DNA from: Clostridia bacterium
GTDB taxonomy: Bacteria; Bacillota; Clostridia; JAAYHZ01
Direction of reading: 5' to 3'
Assembly (NCBI GenBank): GCA_050950825.1
Contig: JBMNIH010000002.1
Span: forward strand, 1 to 64,000
DNA length: 64,000 bases
The notes under the pieces were generated by a model that did no database searches, was not told where the DNA came from, and worked only from the letters and a program-made list of their open reading frames with translations. Below, piece by piece: positions 41,048 to 51,496 of this stretch; within the stretch, counting starts at the first letter, position 1, and each line of letters begins with the position of its first letter. The translations under genes and the position numbers were made by a program.

Positions 41048-42001
41048 TCATAGATAATGGATTCTTTGCTTGATCTCACTTTTCCTCAGCAAATTTCTCA
41101 TAATTTCTTTGCATTTTGGCATGTTCATCATTTGAAATCCTTTTTTGTTTAGCCGTGCTATTTGCGACAAAGTCAGATTACCGATTATTTTACCGATTTC
41201 CTTGTATCCTAAGTTGCATAAGCATCGAATTAAGAAAACGGCAACGGCTTTTATAGGAGCAAGGCTTCGATCGTATTTCACCTTGATTAAATCCGTATCC
41301 GGTATGCCGAATTCTTCGGCAACGGTGTGCAAAACGGTTTCCGGATCCAAATCACGCTTGTATACGGTTCGTTCGCTGCGATACTCGTAGGCAGGTTTAT
41401 GTATAAATTCATCAATCCTTTCAAAAAGCTTTTGGTCGATTACAACTCTTCCAAGTCTCGACACGAATTCTACGTACCGCTTTAACGCCTCATCGGGCTT
41501 ATGATGAAACTTTGACAAAATGTATTCTTTATCGATCAGTCCGAATTCGTCTTCCTTTTGTCCGATGTATATGCCGTAAGAGGAAAACGGATAGTCCCGG
41601 ACACAATCACGATATCGTGATATGTCTTTCGGATTGTTATGAATGTACGCAGATACTACCAATTCATAACGCTCGTTCTCAATCACAACATTTTTATATC
41701 GGTCTTGAAACAAGGGACCTAAGCGTTTGTATTTCCGATTGTAGTACAGAACATAGCTTAAGTTGAGGCCTTGCATAAATTTGGACATGTCACAGCCTTG
41801 AGGATCAAAATGAATGTGCACGTGAGTGTCCATAAGACAATAAGCCAAAATTTTGCATTGGTATTTTCTTTGGTATTTTGCCATGCGTTTTAAATATTCT
41901 CTTTTGTCTTCATCGTCTCGGAACAATTTTATCTCGCTGATACTCCTGCACATAATGTGATGATTCGCTTCGGGATTTTTCTTTCGTGCCGTTCTTGCCA
42001 T
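41048..42001 (-). CDS. REP-associated tyrosine (Y1/HUH) transposase (RAYT) with C-terminal DnaA-C-like HTH
   Basis: MAR..R, LF.D.ED, AYCLM.THVH (HUH), YN.KY.R.G.LFQDRY, YIH.NP, Y.FSSY; helical C-terminus LGYKEIGKIIG. Confidence 0.85.
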   Translation of the reverse strand: MARTARKKNPEANHHIMCRSISEIKLFRDDEDKREYLKRMAKYQRKYQCKILAYCLMDTHVHIHFDPQGCDMSKFMQGLNLSYVLYYNRKYKRLGPLFQDRYKNVVIENERYELVVSAYIHNNPKDISRYRDCVRDYPFSSYGIYIGQKEDEFGLIDKEYILSKFHHKPDEALKRYVEFVSRLGRVVIDQKLFERIDEFIHKPAYEYRSERTVYKRDLDPETVLHTVAEEFGIPDTDLIKVKYDRSLAPIKAVAVFLIRCLCNLGYKEIGKIIGNLTLSQIARLNKKGFQMMNMPKCKEIMRNLLRKSEIKQRIHYL

Positions 42002-42132
42002 ATTCTTTCACACTAAAACAACCGTTTTCCTCATTATATAGCAAGCGTTAAACATTAAGTGAGTTTCATAGCAAATGAGATTCATCTTCTTGTATTTTGA
42101 CGGTTTCTGTCGAAGAGTATTTATAAATAGGA

Positions 42133-42177
42133 AGGGGACGTTCCTTCAATTCGGATGAGAATTCGGTACCGTCCCCT
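42133..42177. repeat. Degenerate inverted REP doublet upstream of the RAYT gene
   Basis: AGGGGACGTTC...GGTACCGTCCCCT. Confidence 0.6.
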
Positions 42178-42186
42178 ACCCTTACG

Positions 42187-43770
42187 TTATTTACATCTGT
42201 CAGCAACCTTTTGCATATTTCCGGCAAGAATCATCAATTTCTGATCAATAGGAACATCAGCGTAAACCACCCATCCCAATTGCTGTCTCGGATCTCTCAT
42301 GGGTGCATCCGTACCGAACATGAATTTTTCGGGTCCGATTTTTTCAGATAAATATTCCACCATACCCCACGGAACCGTTGTATAGGTCAATTGCAAATAG
42401 ACATTCGGATTTGCCAATGCAACCTCCGAATAATCATCCGCCACTTCGTAGGACCGTCCTCCATGATCCATAAAGAAGGAAACGTTCGGATATCTCTTTG
42501 CCAATTCATCGATATCTTGCATGTATTGACCGTGGTTATACCCTCCGGGGTCGGCTAAGCAAAAGAGGTGTTTATCATTTGCCAACTCCCACCACTTTTC
42601 ATATCTTTTATCCGTATATCGGAGATGAGAAAGGTTATAAAAAGGCTTTAATCCTTTAAATCCATACTGAACATGCCATTTATAGACATCGGCAGCAACG
42701 TCTTCCGAATAATTGGGGTCGATATTGGCATAACCTAGAACTCTATCAGGATACTTTTTCATAGCATTTAAGGTAATATAATTACCGCCTTCATAATCGG
42801 CAAAAATTGTGAGCCATGCGGCTATGGTCATTTTATCGATTCCCAAGCAATCGTATGCTTTAACCATATTGTCAATGTCCGATTTCAACATCGGTCTTCC
42901 TGTACCGTGACAACCTCCGTCTTCAATCAGATGAGTATGCGAATCAAAAACCGGTACACTGATAGGTTTTCCCAACGCGGCTTCGGTCATCAGAAAATCA
43001 CCGTCCGGTAACTTAACGGCTTTCGGTTCTATACCGGTTAGTCTTGCTATGTTTTTGTAAGCGATCATATCCTTCTCTTCTTCGGATATTCTTGCATAAT
43101 CAATAAGTGCTCTATGAGCTCCCGGACTTTTGAAAGGCATATTGGTTCCGAATACAAAGCGATGGGCACCGAACTTTTCGCACAAATACTCGATGTTTTC
43201 ATTGCTTTGGAATGAAGTAAAATCCGTGTATGTATTCGGGTACTTGGTCATTATGCTGTATAAGTACCTTTCTTGTCCCCATGATGCCCCCTGAAGAATA
43301 ACATGCAAACCGGGATGATGAGATAAAACGGCATTTAAGTCGTTATACGAAACTTCATACCAATCTATCAAAAGAGGAATCCCTGCTTTCTCTAAACCCG
43401 TAAGTTGTTTTCCTACCGTATCTTCATCAAATGAATAAAAATGCTTGCTTGGAAACATCTTTGCTAAACGAATATTGTTTTCTTTCATTTGTGTAATAAA
43501 CGTGTCAATATCGGGGAAATCACCGCATCCATCCGGTAATAACACCCAACAACCGTATAAACGATCACTTTTCTTCAGTTCGTCAAGTAAAAGACGGTTT
43601 CCGTATTCAGGCGAATAATGTTTTGCCAATCCATGATATGCAAATGCAGCGGCAATTCCCGTACGATCCATTTCACGCAAGATATCTTCTGTTTTCCATT
43701 TTTGCGCGGGATGCTTGTAGGCATACTTACCGAGACATAAATCACTATCAATATATATTCGATTTTTCAT
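42187..43770 (-). CDS. Amidohydrolase family protein with two tandem TIM-barrel domains
   Basis: Two repeats ending FGTNMP and FGTDAP; DSHTH in the second. Confidence 0.8.
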   Translation of the reverse strand: MKNRIYIDSDLCLGKYAYKHPAQKWKTEDILREMDRTGIAAAFAYHGLAKHYSPEYGNRLLLDELKKSDRLYGCWVLLPDGCGDFPDIDTFITQMKENNIRLAKMFPSKHFYSFDEDTVGKQLTGLEKAGIPLLIDWYEVSYNDLNAVLSHHPGLHVILQGASWGQERYLYSIMTKYPNTYTDFTSFQSNENIEYLCEKFGAHRFVFGTNMPFKSPGAHRALIDYARISEEEKDMIAYKNIARLTGIEPKAVKLPDGDFLMTEAALGKPISVPVFDSHTHLIEDGGCHGTGRPMLKSDIDNMVKAYDCLGIDKMTIAAWLTIFADYEGGNYITLNAMKKYPDRVLGYANIDPNYSEDVAADVYKWHVQYGFKGLKPFYNLSHLRYTDKRYEKWWELANDKHLFCLADPGGYNHGQYMQDIDELAKRYPNVSFFMDHGGRSYEVADDYSEVALANPNVYLQLTYTTVPWGMVEYLSEKIGPEKFMFGTDAPMRDPRQQLGWVVYADVPIDQKLMILAGNMQKVADRCK

Positions 43771-43870
43771 TGAAAACCTCCAATAATAGAGTCGGTATAA
43801 CTATACTGGAATGATTGTAGCACAGTATGGGTATAAGCTTTCCGCGTATTTTTGGTTTATTTAGAATTAT

Positions 43871-43884
43871 TGAGAACCGTCCCT
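43871..43884 (+). repeat. REP-like motif copy
   Basis: TGAGAACCGTCCCT. Confidence 0.75.
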
Positions 43885-43910
43885 TCCAAAAAAAATATCC
43901 CTTCCTAATA

Positions 43911-43958
43911 AAACGACACCTCTCCGATTCAATTGTATAAGTCGAAGAGATGTCGTTT
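43911..43958 (-). terminator. Hairpin after the solute-binding protein gene
   Basis: AAACGACACCTCT...AGAGATGTCGTTT. Confidence 0.55.
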
Positions 43959-44000
43959 ACTTTGCTTATGGATAACTCCGTTTATAGAGCAGTTTTTATT

Positions 44001-45836
44001 TTATTTTTGTTGTCTATAATAATTGTAAGTCTTAATGTCATCGCTGTTCCAGAATTTTACCCACTCGCTTAACCCTGCGGCATAAATCTGATCGATGTAC
44101 TGTTCCCATTCAGAGTCAATATTGGATATTTGTCCGCCCCAAACTCTTTTTGTAAATTCACTATGGACGGTATTGATCTGGCTGTTCGTTTCGTTTCGGA
44201 GCTCCGTAAATTCTTCATATTTATCTGCCGGCATCGTATATTGGCTGTACAATTTATCGGGCAATATCCATAAGCTGTCACCAAACCAGCCGTCCGGACT
44301 ATACTGATTCCAGTATTCGATAAACTGTATGTAGAAGGCATCAAAATTGAAGTACACGTTAATATTATCAATAAAGTTCAGATTTCCGAATTGACCGAAC
44401 GCAGTCGTTCCTTTACCTGCATATTTCGGCGGGATCTTCTCCGGATCCGTAAATATAATGGGGCTGTTCATAGGTTCACCGGACCATTGGTAATGCACAC
44501 CTTCGATCCCCCATTTATAACGCATCCAATCTTCTCCGAAGTATGCATATTCAATCATTTGGAAGATTCGAGCGAGTTTTTCATCCGAAACGTTACCGAC
44601 AAGATACATCATGGTGCTCCAGTTAAACGCTTGGTGAGGACGGAAATTACCGTTTTCTCCGGGAACAGGAGTAATAACAAAAGTAGCATTCGGGTCCACA
44701 TTGTTCAAGATGTTTGCAGGAGGCCATTCGTTTCCGTCGCTATATCCTAAACCTAAAACTCTCGGCGCGCCTAAAGTATTCATAAAGCCCACTTTACCTG
44801 TATTCCAAATGGCCCTCAATTCCAAATGATAAGCCAATTCTCCGGGAATCCATCTCATATACCCTTTGTCAAGCATTCTCATTAAAAAGCTTAAATTGTC
44901 TTTGTATGGCGTATAGGCGAAATACGGAACATAATCACCCGTCACAGGATCTTTATAAAAATGAGAAGCGTCTTGGTCAAAACCGAACATGTTGTATGAT
45001 ATGTATCGGTCGTACGCGGAGTTTGCAAAGGGCGATCCGTAGGTATCATCGACTCCGTTTCCATCGGGATCGTCTTCTGTAAAGGCTCTTAATAATTCCT
45101 CGACTTCATCGACGGTAAATTTCGTTGTTGAAAAGTATACGCGGTCATTCCATCTATCCGGATTTAAGGCGCTTACCATTACCGTGAGATTGTCCATTTC
45201 ATATCCTAAGTTTTCAAGCCAATCCAGTCTCCACATCGGTACCCATCCGGTATGGCGGGATAACGGTGTGTACAAGGCTAATCCGTAATACTCGTCGGTA
45301 GTACCCTCTACCAAGTTAAAGCTTAAGCCTAACGGATCCTCTTGAATGAGCTTGTAATAACTGGGATAATACTGCTGAATCATTTTTAACGGTATTGTTC
45401 TTCCAAGTCCGTTGTCATACATGTATTTTCCCGTCGTATAGTAAAAACCATAATCGGGAACGTCACCGGCTGCCAACATCATTTGGACTTGCTCCATATT
45501 GTTCGAGTCAACGAGGATATTCCACATTTTAATGTCTACATTGAATTTCTCCTCTAACTCCAGTTCATCCCATCTGCCTTCCTCATATAAATGGGATGAA
45601 TAGGTGCCAACCAACCAATTAATCGTCATTTTCTCTGCAAAAGGATTTTGAACTTCCGTTGTTGCATCTGCTTTTGTAGTTGTAGTCGTTGCCGCAGCCG
45701 TTGTCGTGACAGCCGAAGTTTGAGCCTTCGTTGTTATCGCCCCTGTTGTTGTCTGAGCAGGAGCTTCGCTTTGGGAGGAACAAGCCACAAACGAGACAAG
45801 CATTACAAAAGCAAGAACTATTGATAACTTTTTCAT
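44001..45836 (-). CDS. ABC-type oligosaccharide-binding lipoprotein (LplA-like)
   Basis: Lipobox VACS, Thr/Ala linker, AAGDVPD, R.DWLENLG, DPDGNGVDDTYG, WG.EG.HY. Confidence 0.85.
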   Translation of the reverse strand: MKKLSIVLAFVMLVSFVACSSQSEAPAQTTTGAITTKAQTSAVTTTAAATTTTTKADATTEVQNPFAEKMTINWLVGTYSSHLYEEGRWDELELEEKFNVDIKMWNILVDSNNMEQVQMMLAAGDVPDYGFYYTTGKYMYDNGLGRTIPLKMIQQYYPSYYKLIQEDPLGLSFNLVEGTTDEYYGLALYTPLSRHTGWVPMWRLDWLENLGYEMDNLTVMVSALNPDRWNDRVYFSTTKFTVDEVEELLRAFTEDDPDGNGVDDTYGSPFANSAYDRYISYNMFGFDQDASHFYKDPVTGDYVPYFAYTPYKDNLSFLMRMLDKGYMRWIPGELAYHLELRAIWNTGKVGFMNTLGAPRVLGLGYSDGNEWPPANILNNVDPNATFVITPVPGENGNFRPHQAFNWSTMMYLVGNVSDEKLARIFQMIEYAYFGEDWMRYKWGIEGVHYQWSGEPMNSPIIFTDPEKIPPKYAGKGTTAFGQFGNLNFIDNINVYFNFDAFYIQFIEYWNQYSPDGWFGDSLWILPDKLYSQYTMPADKYEEFTELRNETNSQINTVHSEFTKRVWGGQISNIDSEWEQYIDQIYAAGLSEWVKFWNSDDIKTYNYYRQQK

Positions 45837-45981
45837 AATATATCCCTCCAATTTTATCTATTAAAAATGTTATCTAATATCAACCTTACATTAATAGTTA
45901 ATCGGAGTAAATATAACAAATGGACATATCATTTATTTATATGTCCGGATATTTACAACTGTTTAGTTACTTCATTCTTTG

Positions 45982-45998
45982 AAGGGACGGTTCTCAAT
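45982..45998 (-). repeat. REP-like motif copy
   Basis: Minus strand ATTGAGAACCGTCCCTT. Confidence 0.75.
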
Positions 45999-46096
45999 TT
46001 TTATTGTTTTCACTCATTAAATTTGCTACATTATAGAAAATACGGCCTTGCTTTTGTTACATATATCATGCAGTAAATGCATGAAAGGAGGACAGC

Positions 46097-47905
46097 ATGA
46101 AATATCAAGAATTAGGATACCCCTGCAGGAATTTCTGCATCATGGCATCGGAAAGGTTTTTAGATCCTTTGGATCAAAAACAAAAATTCGCACTTTCAAG
46201 CTTCGTTGCAGGAGGAACAGGAATCATCGCAATTATCGATATTGAATCCGGTAATGGCGAAAGAATTGAAATTCCCGCCGATGAGGGCGCTTGGGCTTTA
46301 CTATGTTGGAATAATGAAAGACTCTTGGTCGGTACGTGTTCAAGATACGGATATTTACATTGTTTGGATCTGAAAACGAGAACATGGTTGCCCTCATTAA
46401 AAGATGAGCATGAAAAGTATTTTTGGAACCTTGTAGAAGGGTCCGACGGACGTATTTACGGCGGAACTTGGCCGGGAGGAGTATTGCTTCGATACAATCC
46501 GGTTGAGCACAAACTTGAAAACATGGGCAGAATGTCTCCTTATGAAGGAAACAATTATACACGTCCTTTATATAATGGGGTTACGGGGAAAATATTCTTA
46601 ACATCCGGATATAAAAACACACATATGGTGTCTTGGGATATTGAAGGTGAAAAGTATACGAAGTTCGGTAACGAAGGAACAATGGTCAAAGAAGCAAATG
46701 AACATTTTGTATGCGGAATTAACGATAAAAGCAAAGAATTGTATTTTTACGATCCCTATACACTGGAACAAATCGAAGATGTTGTGAATTATGAAAAAAT
46801 GAATTTGGCAAATATTAAAAACCCTTATATTTTGGATTATCTTCGCAATTTTAAATACACCGGTGAGCACGGAGGTCCCAATGTTCGAAAGCCAAAATGG
46901 GATCCCGCTGAAGTGAAGTGCGGTGTTGCAGGACAAAGCTATTATATCGAACAACCGGACGGAAGTCGTGAATATAAGAGGATTCCGGTGGAAGCTCCTC
47001 CTACAGCTATTTTGACAGTAGCTTATGACGGGAAAGATACAATTTGGGGATCCAGCGGATTGGGCCAAACGATTTTTTCATACAATATAAATACAGGAGA
47101 ATATAACAATACACTGGAGGTTTCTACCTTCGGAGGCGAAGTATACGGAATTTGTCCTATTGAAGATCGTCTTTACTTAACAAGCTATTGCGGAGGAGAT
47201 CACACCGTATATTATCCCGACCGCCCGTGGGAACAAGGAATCAATCCTAAATCTATCGAAGTATTGAATCCTCGCTATATTCGACCTCACACTCGAAGCG
47301 TGATCGGGGCTGACGGTAATGTGTGGACCGGTTGGATGGCCAATTACGGTACCTACGGTGGAGCCATCAGCAAAATCGATGTAAAAACCGATCATGTTTC
47401 CGTCTATGAAAATATTATTCCCGAACAAGGAATTGAATCTATAGTTGCAGGGAAAAATGCCGTTTTCTTCTCTACAACCGGCCAAGGCAACGGCCTTCCC
47501 TATCGAAACATCCCGGTTTGGCTTGTAAAAATGGATTACGAAGGCAATGTTTTGTGGAAGGAAGAGTTTGATACTGAACACAAACTCGGTTCGATGGCTA
47601 TAATTGATGATTTATTGTTTGTTAAAACCGGCAACGAAATTACGGTATTCGATGCGAACAGTATGAATCGAATAACGGTATTAAACTATCAGGTTACCGA
47701 CAACGGTCCTCCTTTAACAGGATTGCTTGCTTACGACCATGAAACTCTTGTTGTTTTCCACTGCCGAGAAGCTTTATTTGTGAAGGTTCCCGGGTTCGAA
47801 ATCATAAAAAAAGTAGAAACCGGAAGCGATATTCGATATGCTATTGTCGGCGATAAAAAACAGATCTATTTTGCCAAAGGTTCTTTGCTGTGTAAGTTAG
47901 GTTAA
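46097..47905 (+). CDS. Hypothetical double beta-propeller protein
   Basis: Repeated DG.IYGGT.P / Y...TG blades; no signal peptide. Confidence 0.65.
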   Translation: MKYQELGYPCRNFCIMASERFLDPLDQKQKFALSSFVAGGTGIIAIIDIESGNGERIEIPADEGAWALLCWNNERLLVGTCSRYGYLHCLDLKTRTWLPSLKDEHEKYFWNLVEGSDGRIYGGTWPGGVLLRYNPVEHKLENMGRMSPYEGNNYTRPLYNGVTGKIFLTSGYKNTHMVSWDIEGEKYTKFGNEGTMVKEANEHFVCGINDKSKELYFYDPYTLEQIEDVVNYEKMNLANIKNPYILDYLRNFKYTGEHGGPNVRKPKWDPAEVKCGVAGQSYYIEQPDGSREYKRIPVEAPPTAILTVAYDGKDTIWGSSGLGQTIFSYNINTGEYNNTLEVSTFGGEVYGICPIEDRLYLTSYCGGDHTVYYPDRPWEQGINPKSIEVLNPRYIRPHTRSVIGADGNVWTGWMANYGTYGGAISKIDVKTDHVSVYENIIPEQGIESIVAGKNAVFFSTTGQGNGLPYRNIPVWLVKMDYEGNVLWKEEFDTEHKLGSMAIIDDLLFVKTGNEITVFDANSMNRITVLNYQVTDNGPPLTGLLAYDHETLVVFHCREALFVKVPGFEIIKKVETGSDIRYAIVGDKKQIYFAKGSLLCKLG

Positions 47906-47912
47906 ACCGATG

Positions 47913-47951
47913 AAAAAAGCGGCTTCATCTCCTCAATGAAGTCGCTTTTTT
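47913..47951. terminator. Bidirectional terminator
   Basis: AAAAAAGCGGCTTCAT...ATGAAGTCGCTTTTTT. Confidence 0.75.
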
Positions 47952-47953
47952 GT

Positions 47954-49342
47954 CTATTGTTCATTTTTGCTCTCTTTTTTTGACATGCTTTTACCTGCAA
48001 AAGAAACGAATATTCCGGAAAAGCAAAGTGCGGATATAACGGTAAATATTACTTTGATGGAAGACAACAATTCCGGAGCATGGTCGACAGCCATTTGAGC
48101 GGAGCCGATAGAGATGGTAATGATGGATGTCGCTAATCCCATACTTAATGTTTGCCCGATGGTTCGAGCTGAACCTAAAATACCCGACGCAACACCGTAA
48201 TACCGGTTTTCTACGGAGCTCATAATAGCGTTTGTATTCGGAGAGGTGAAGAATGCGAAACCAAAACCGATCACGACCAATGCACTCACTATATAAACAA
48301 TACCGGTTTGCAATTGTAAAAAGATAAAAAGCGTAAGGCCTAAAGTTGTAATGGCCATTCCCATCGAAGCTACCTTAATCGGGTGAATCCTGTCCGATAC
48401 TATTCCTGCAAGGGGCGATAATATTGCCATAACAACCGGTTGAGCCATTAATACCAGACCGGCTTGTGCCGGGTCATAACCTTTTATAATTTGTAAATAC
48501 AAACTTAGTAAATAACTAACGGCAAAGGTAGCGCTGTAATTAATTAATGCGGCTAGACTCGAAAAGAACAAAACCCTGTTTCCTTTAAGCAACTCTATAT
48601 CAAGCACAGGTTGTTGAACCTTTTTTTCGATAATTACAAATAAAAAGGCGGCAGCAATACCAAGTAAAATTAAAAGCCATCCAAAGCTTGTACTTATCCA
48701 TGAAAATCCCGTAATGATTAACAGAACCGATAACGCAAAAATAGCCGAACCTACGCCGTCAAATTTTTCAACGGTTGCAACCTTCCAATCTTGTTTTACG
48801 GTTAACAGAGATACGATTACGATTAAGCCGATGAATGCGATAAAAGTAAAAATACTTCTCCATCCAAAGTATTTCGTCAAAAGGCCGCCTAAATAAGGTC
48901 CGGTAGATAGTCCTACGTATGTCATTGCCACATTTAGCCCCAAAGCCTTTCCTCTTTTACCGGTAGGATAAACGGATGTCAGAATCGATACAACGGTCAC
49001 CGTTATGGTAGCGCTGCTTATTCCTTGAAATATCCGGCCGGCTATTAGCATATTAGCACTGTTTGAAATACCGCAGATAATGGAAGCGGCGGTAAATAGG
49101 ATTAGACCGATTAGAAGCAGTTTTTTCCTGCCTAAGATATCTGCCAATTTACCAAAAGGTAATACAAAAATAGCCATAAAAAGGGTATAGGACAAAGCGA
49201 CCCGGTTTAATAATATGGAATTCATAGGCAAATCATTGCTAATCGCAGGCAAAGCAATATTTACCGATGAAGTCATAAAAGGAATGATAAAAGCCCCTAA
49301 GCTCGTTGTAAACAATATAATCTTTTTATAGCTATCTTTCAT
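47954..49342 (-). CDS. MFS transporter, DHA2 (EmrB/QacA-like, 14 TM)
   Basis: NIALP.I, GKLADILGRK, GP.LGGLL....GWRSIF, SPNTNAIM. Confidence 0.9.
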   Translation of the reverse strand: MKDSYKKIILFTTSLGAFIIPFMTSSVNIALPAISNDLPMNSILLNRVALSYTLFMAIFVLPFGKLADILGRKKLLLIGLILFTAASIICGISNSANMLIAGRIFQGISSATITVTVVSILTSVYPTGKRGKALGLNVAMTYVGLSTGPYLGGLLTKYFGWRSIFTFIAFIGLIVIVSLLTVKQDWKVATVEKFDGVGSAIFALSVLLIITGFSWISTSFGWLLILLGIAAAFLFVIIEKKVQQPVLDIELLKGNRVLFFSSLAALINYSATFAVSYLLSLYLQIIKGYDPAQAGLVLMAQPVVMAILSPLAGIVSDRIHPIKVASMGMAITTLGLTLFIFLQLQTGIVYIVSALVVIGFGFAFFTSPNTNAIMSSVENRYYGVASGILGSARTIGQTLSMGLATSIITISIGSAQMAVDHAPELLSSIKVIFTVISALCFSGIFVSFAGKSMSKKESKNEQ

Positions 49343-49590
49343 ATCAACCTCCATTAATACCGCTATTGCTAAAAGCTCAATAAACAAAGAAAATGAGATT
49401 TCGATTCTCTTCTTTGAGTAGCTTGTAGAAGCAAAAAATTGTTCCGACAAAAAAGATATTGCTGCGATGTAATAACTTTTTTCATAATTGTAACACAATC
49501 AGGATTTTTCAATCGAAGAAAATGTAATTGTAACAATGTTAACATAACGGAAATATACTATTGTAGCAATAAAATTTTGGAGAATATGAA

Positions 49591-50289
49591 ATGAATTACA
49601 TACCATATAACGGAAGATGCCCTGCAGATTTTATCACATATACAATCCGGCCCGGAGATACACTGTACAGCATTGCACAACAATTCAATGTCACTGTAAA
49701 TGATATTATGGCTGTTAATCCCGGTTTGCTACCGGAAAGCTTACAAGTTGCAAGAATTATTTGTATTCCGAAAAGCGATTCGCTCCAACCGCCTTGCAAT
49801 ACATCAAATTATTATGTTATTCAAAGCCAAGATACATTGTATGCCATTGCACATGCCTTTAATATTTCTCTGCAAAGCTTGATGGATGCAAACCCCGGAA
49901 TAAAGCCTGAATCTCTTCGCATTGGACAAATGATTTGCTTACCCGTTCAGCCTCTTCCCTATTTAATTACTATAAGTCTAAATGCGAAAACATTATCTTT
50001 CTATAGACAAGGAACATTCGTCAAAACATATCCCGTAGCCGTAGGAAAACCTTCAACACCAAGTCCAATCGGAACATTTGTAATCATAAATAAAGCAATG
50101 AATCCCGGCGGGCCATATGGAACAAGATGGATGGGATTGTCTGCAAGAGGATACGGTATTCATGGAACAAATAATCCTAGTTCGATAGGTACAAAAGCTT
50201 CTAACGGCTGTATTCGAATGTTTAACGATGATGTCAATGAACTTTATTCACAAGTGCCTATCGGAACAACCGTAATTATTTATAAATAA
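49591..50289 (+). CDS. LysM x2 plus L,D-transpeptidase (YkuD-like)
   Basis: Two LysM repeats; YGIHGT..P.SIG..ASNGCIRM. Confidence 0.92.
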   Translation: MNYIPYNGRCPADFITYTIRPGDTLYSIAQQFNVTVNDIMAVNPGLLPESLQVARIICIPKSDSLQPPCNTSNYYVIQSQDTLYAIAHAFNISLQSLMDANPGIKPESLRIGQMICLPVQPLPYLITISLNAKTLSFYRQGTFVKTYPVAVGKPSTPSPIGTFVIINKAMNPGGPYGTRWMGLSARGYGIHGTNNPSSIGTKASNGCIRMFNDDVNELYSQVPIGTTVIIYK

Positions 50290-50376
50290 CCGATAATCAT
50301 GACGATACAATTAAAAAATAAGCGGAATATCATCTCGCTCCGCTTTTTTAGCTTTTACAGATCGATGAATAGCTTA

Positions 50377-50868
50377 TTAAATTATAGAAGACCGGGTATC
50401 CGTGTCCTTTAAATTTACATTAATTGTATTTAAATCGAAAGATTGATTCGCTGCAATAAAAATACTAATGTGGTCTTGGATGTAATTGCCGCCTATAACT
50501 TCGTCACCGGTCGGTATATTAGAAAAATTAATGGTTCCTTTGTTTACCGAACCGTTAGGTTGACTTATTTGCTCCCATACATTTGGCAATTTTATGGTAA
50601 CCGGTGCATTTTCGCTTAAAATCGAATCTTTATATGTGATTTCCAATGAACAACGTGTAAAAACAATATTTTTATTCTCCGAGGAATAATGAATAGATAT
50701 ACGATCAACTTCATTTAAATATCGATTTGCAACCGATCTTTGAATACCGTATTGCAAATCGAAAACTTTCGCTTCGGATTTATCAGTCGAACCGGATTTT
50801 ACATATGATACGGTCCATCCGGGAGGAGTGTATATTTTAGGATTGGTTTTATTATCCACCGTTCTCAC
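50377..50868 (-). CDS. Hypothetical protein, possibly sporulation-related
   Basis: GAGGTG RBS/start; sigma-K-like promoter upstream. Confidence 0.55.
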   Translation of the reverse strand: MRTVDNKTNPKIYTPPGWTVSYVKSGSTDKSEAKVFDLQYGIQRSVANRYLNEVDRISIHYSSENKNIVFTRCSLEITYKDSILSENAPVTIKLPNVWEQISQPNGSVNKGTINFSNIPTGDEVIGGNYIQDHISIFIAANQSFDLNTINVNLKDTDTRSSII

Positions 50869-50975
50869 CTCATTGTCTTTAGCACATAGCCGTTTTGTAT
50901 AATGACAATATATGCTAATAATAAAAATCGGTGATTCGGGACGAATTTTTAATATCGCTTCGTAAGTTCAAAATA

Positions 50976-51016
50976 AATGAGAACCGTCCGATTTAAAAAT
51001 GGGGACGGTTCTCATT
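50976..51016. repeat. Inverted REP doublet (REPIN-like hairpin)
   Basis: AATGAGAACCGTCC-gatttaaaaatgg-GGACGGTTCTCATT, a perfect 14-bp stem. Confidence 0.85.
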
Positions 51017-51038
51017 CATTATTGAATTTAACAATGAT

Positions 51039-51440
51039 TTACCCCGGTATTACTTTTACAAAAAACTTTCTGTTTCTAGGACCGTCAAACTCGCAAAAAT
51101 AGATACACTGCCAAGTACCCAATTTGAGTCTGCCATTTTCAATAATGACTGTACAAGACGATCCTGTCAAAGAGGCTTTTATATGTGCATGAGAATTACC
51201 TTCAAAATGAAGGTGTTGTCTGCTGAATGGAAATACACGATTAAGATCGGATAAAATATCGGTAACTACATCCGGATCGGCTTTTTCATTTATGGTTATT
51301 CCTGCTGTTGTATGCGGAACGAAAACCACGGCAAATCCTTCTTTAACGCCCTTCTCATCTATTGCCCTTTCGACAAAGGACGTTATATCATAGAAAGCTT
51401 GATCTTTTGTTGTTTTTATTTGAAACTCCATAAAATTCAC
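51039..51440 (-). CDS. yjbQ: YjbQ/UPF0047 family protein
   Basis: PHTTAGITINE, H.EGNS.AHIK, LGTWQ.IYFCEFDGPR. Confidence 0.9.
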   Translation of the reverse strand: MNFMEFQIKTTKDQAFYDITSFVERAIDEKGVKEGFAVVFVPHTTAGITINEKADPDVVTDILSDLNRVFPFSRQHLHFEGNSHAHIKASLTGSSCTVIIENGRLKLGTWQCIYFCEFDGPRNRKFFVKVIPG

Positions 51441-51480
51441 CTTTTACCATTACTCTTTGTAGCGACATAATCCATAAATA

Positions 51481-51495
51481 TGAGAACCGTCCCCC
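51481..51495 (+). repeat. REP-like motif copy
   Basis: TGAGAACCGTCCCCC abutting the CE15 stop codon. Confidence 0.75.
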
Positions 51496-51496
51496 A

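Noticed and set aside
45655-45765. GTT/GTC-rich low-complexity tract
   Set aside because: It encodes the ordinary Thr/Ala linker of the lipoprotein.
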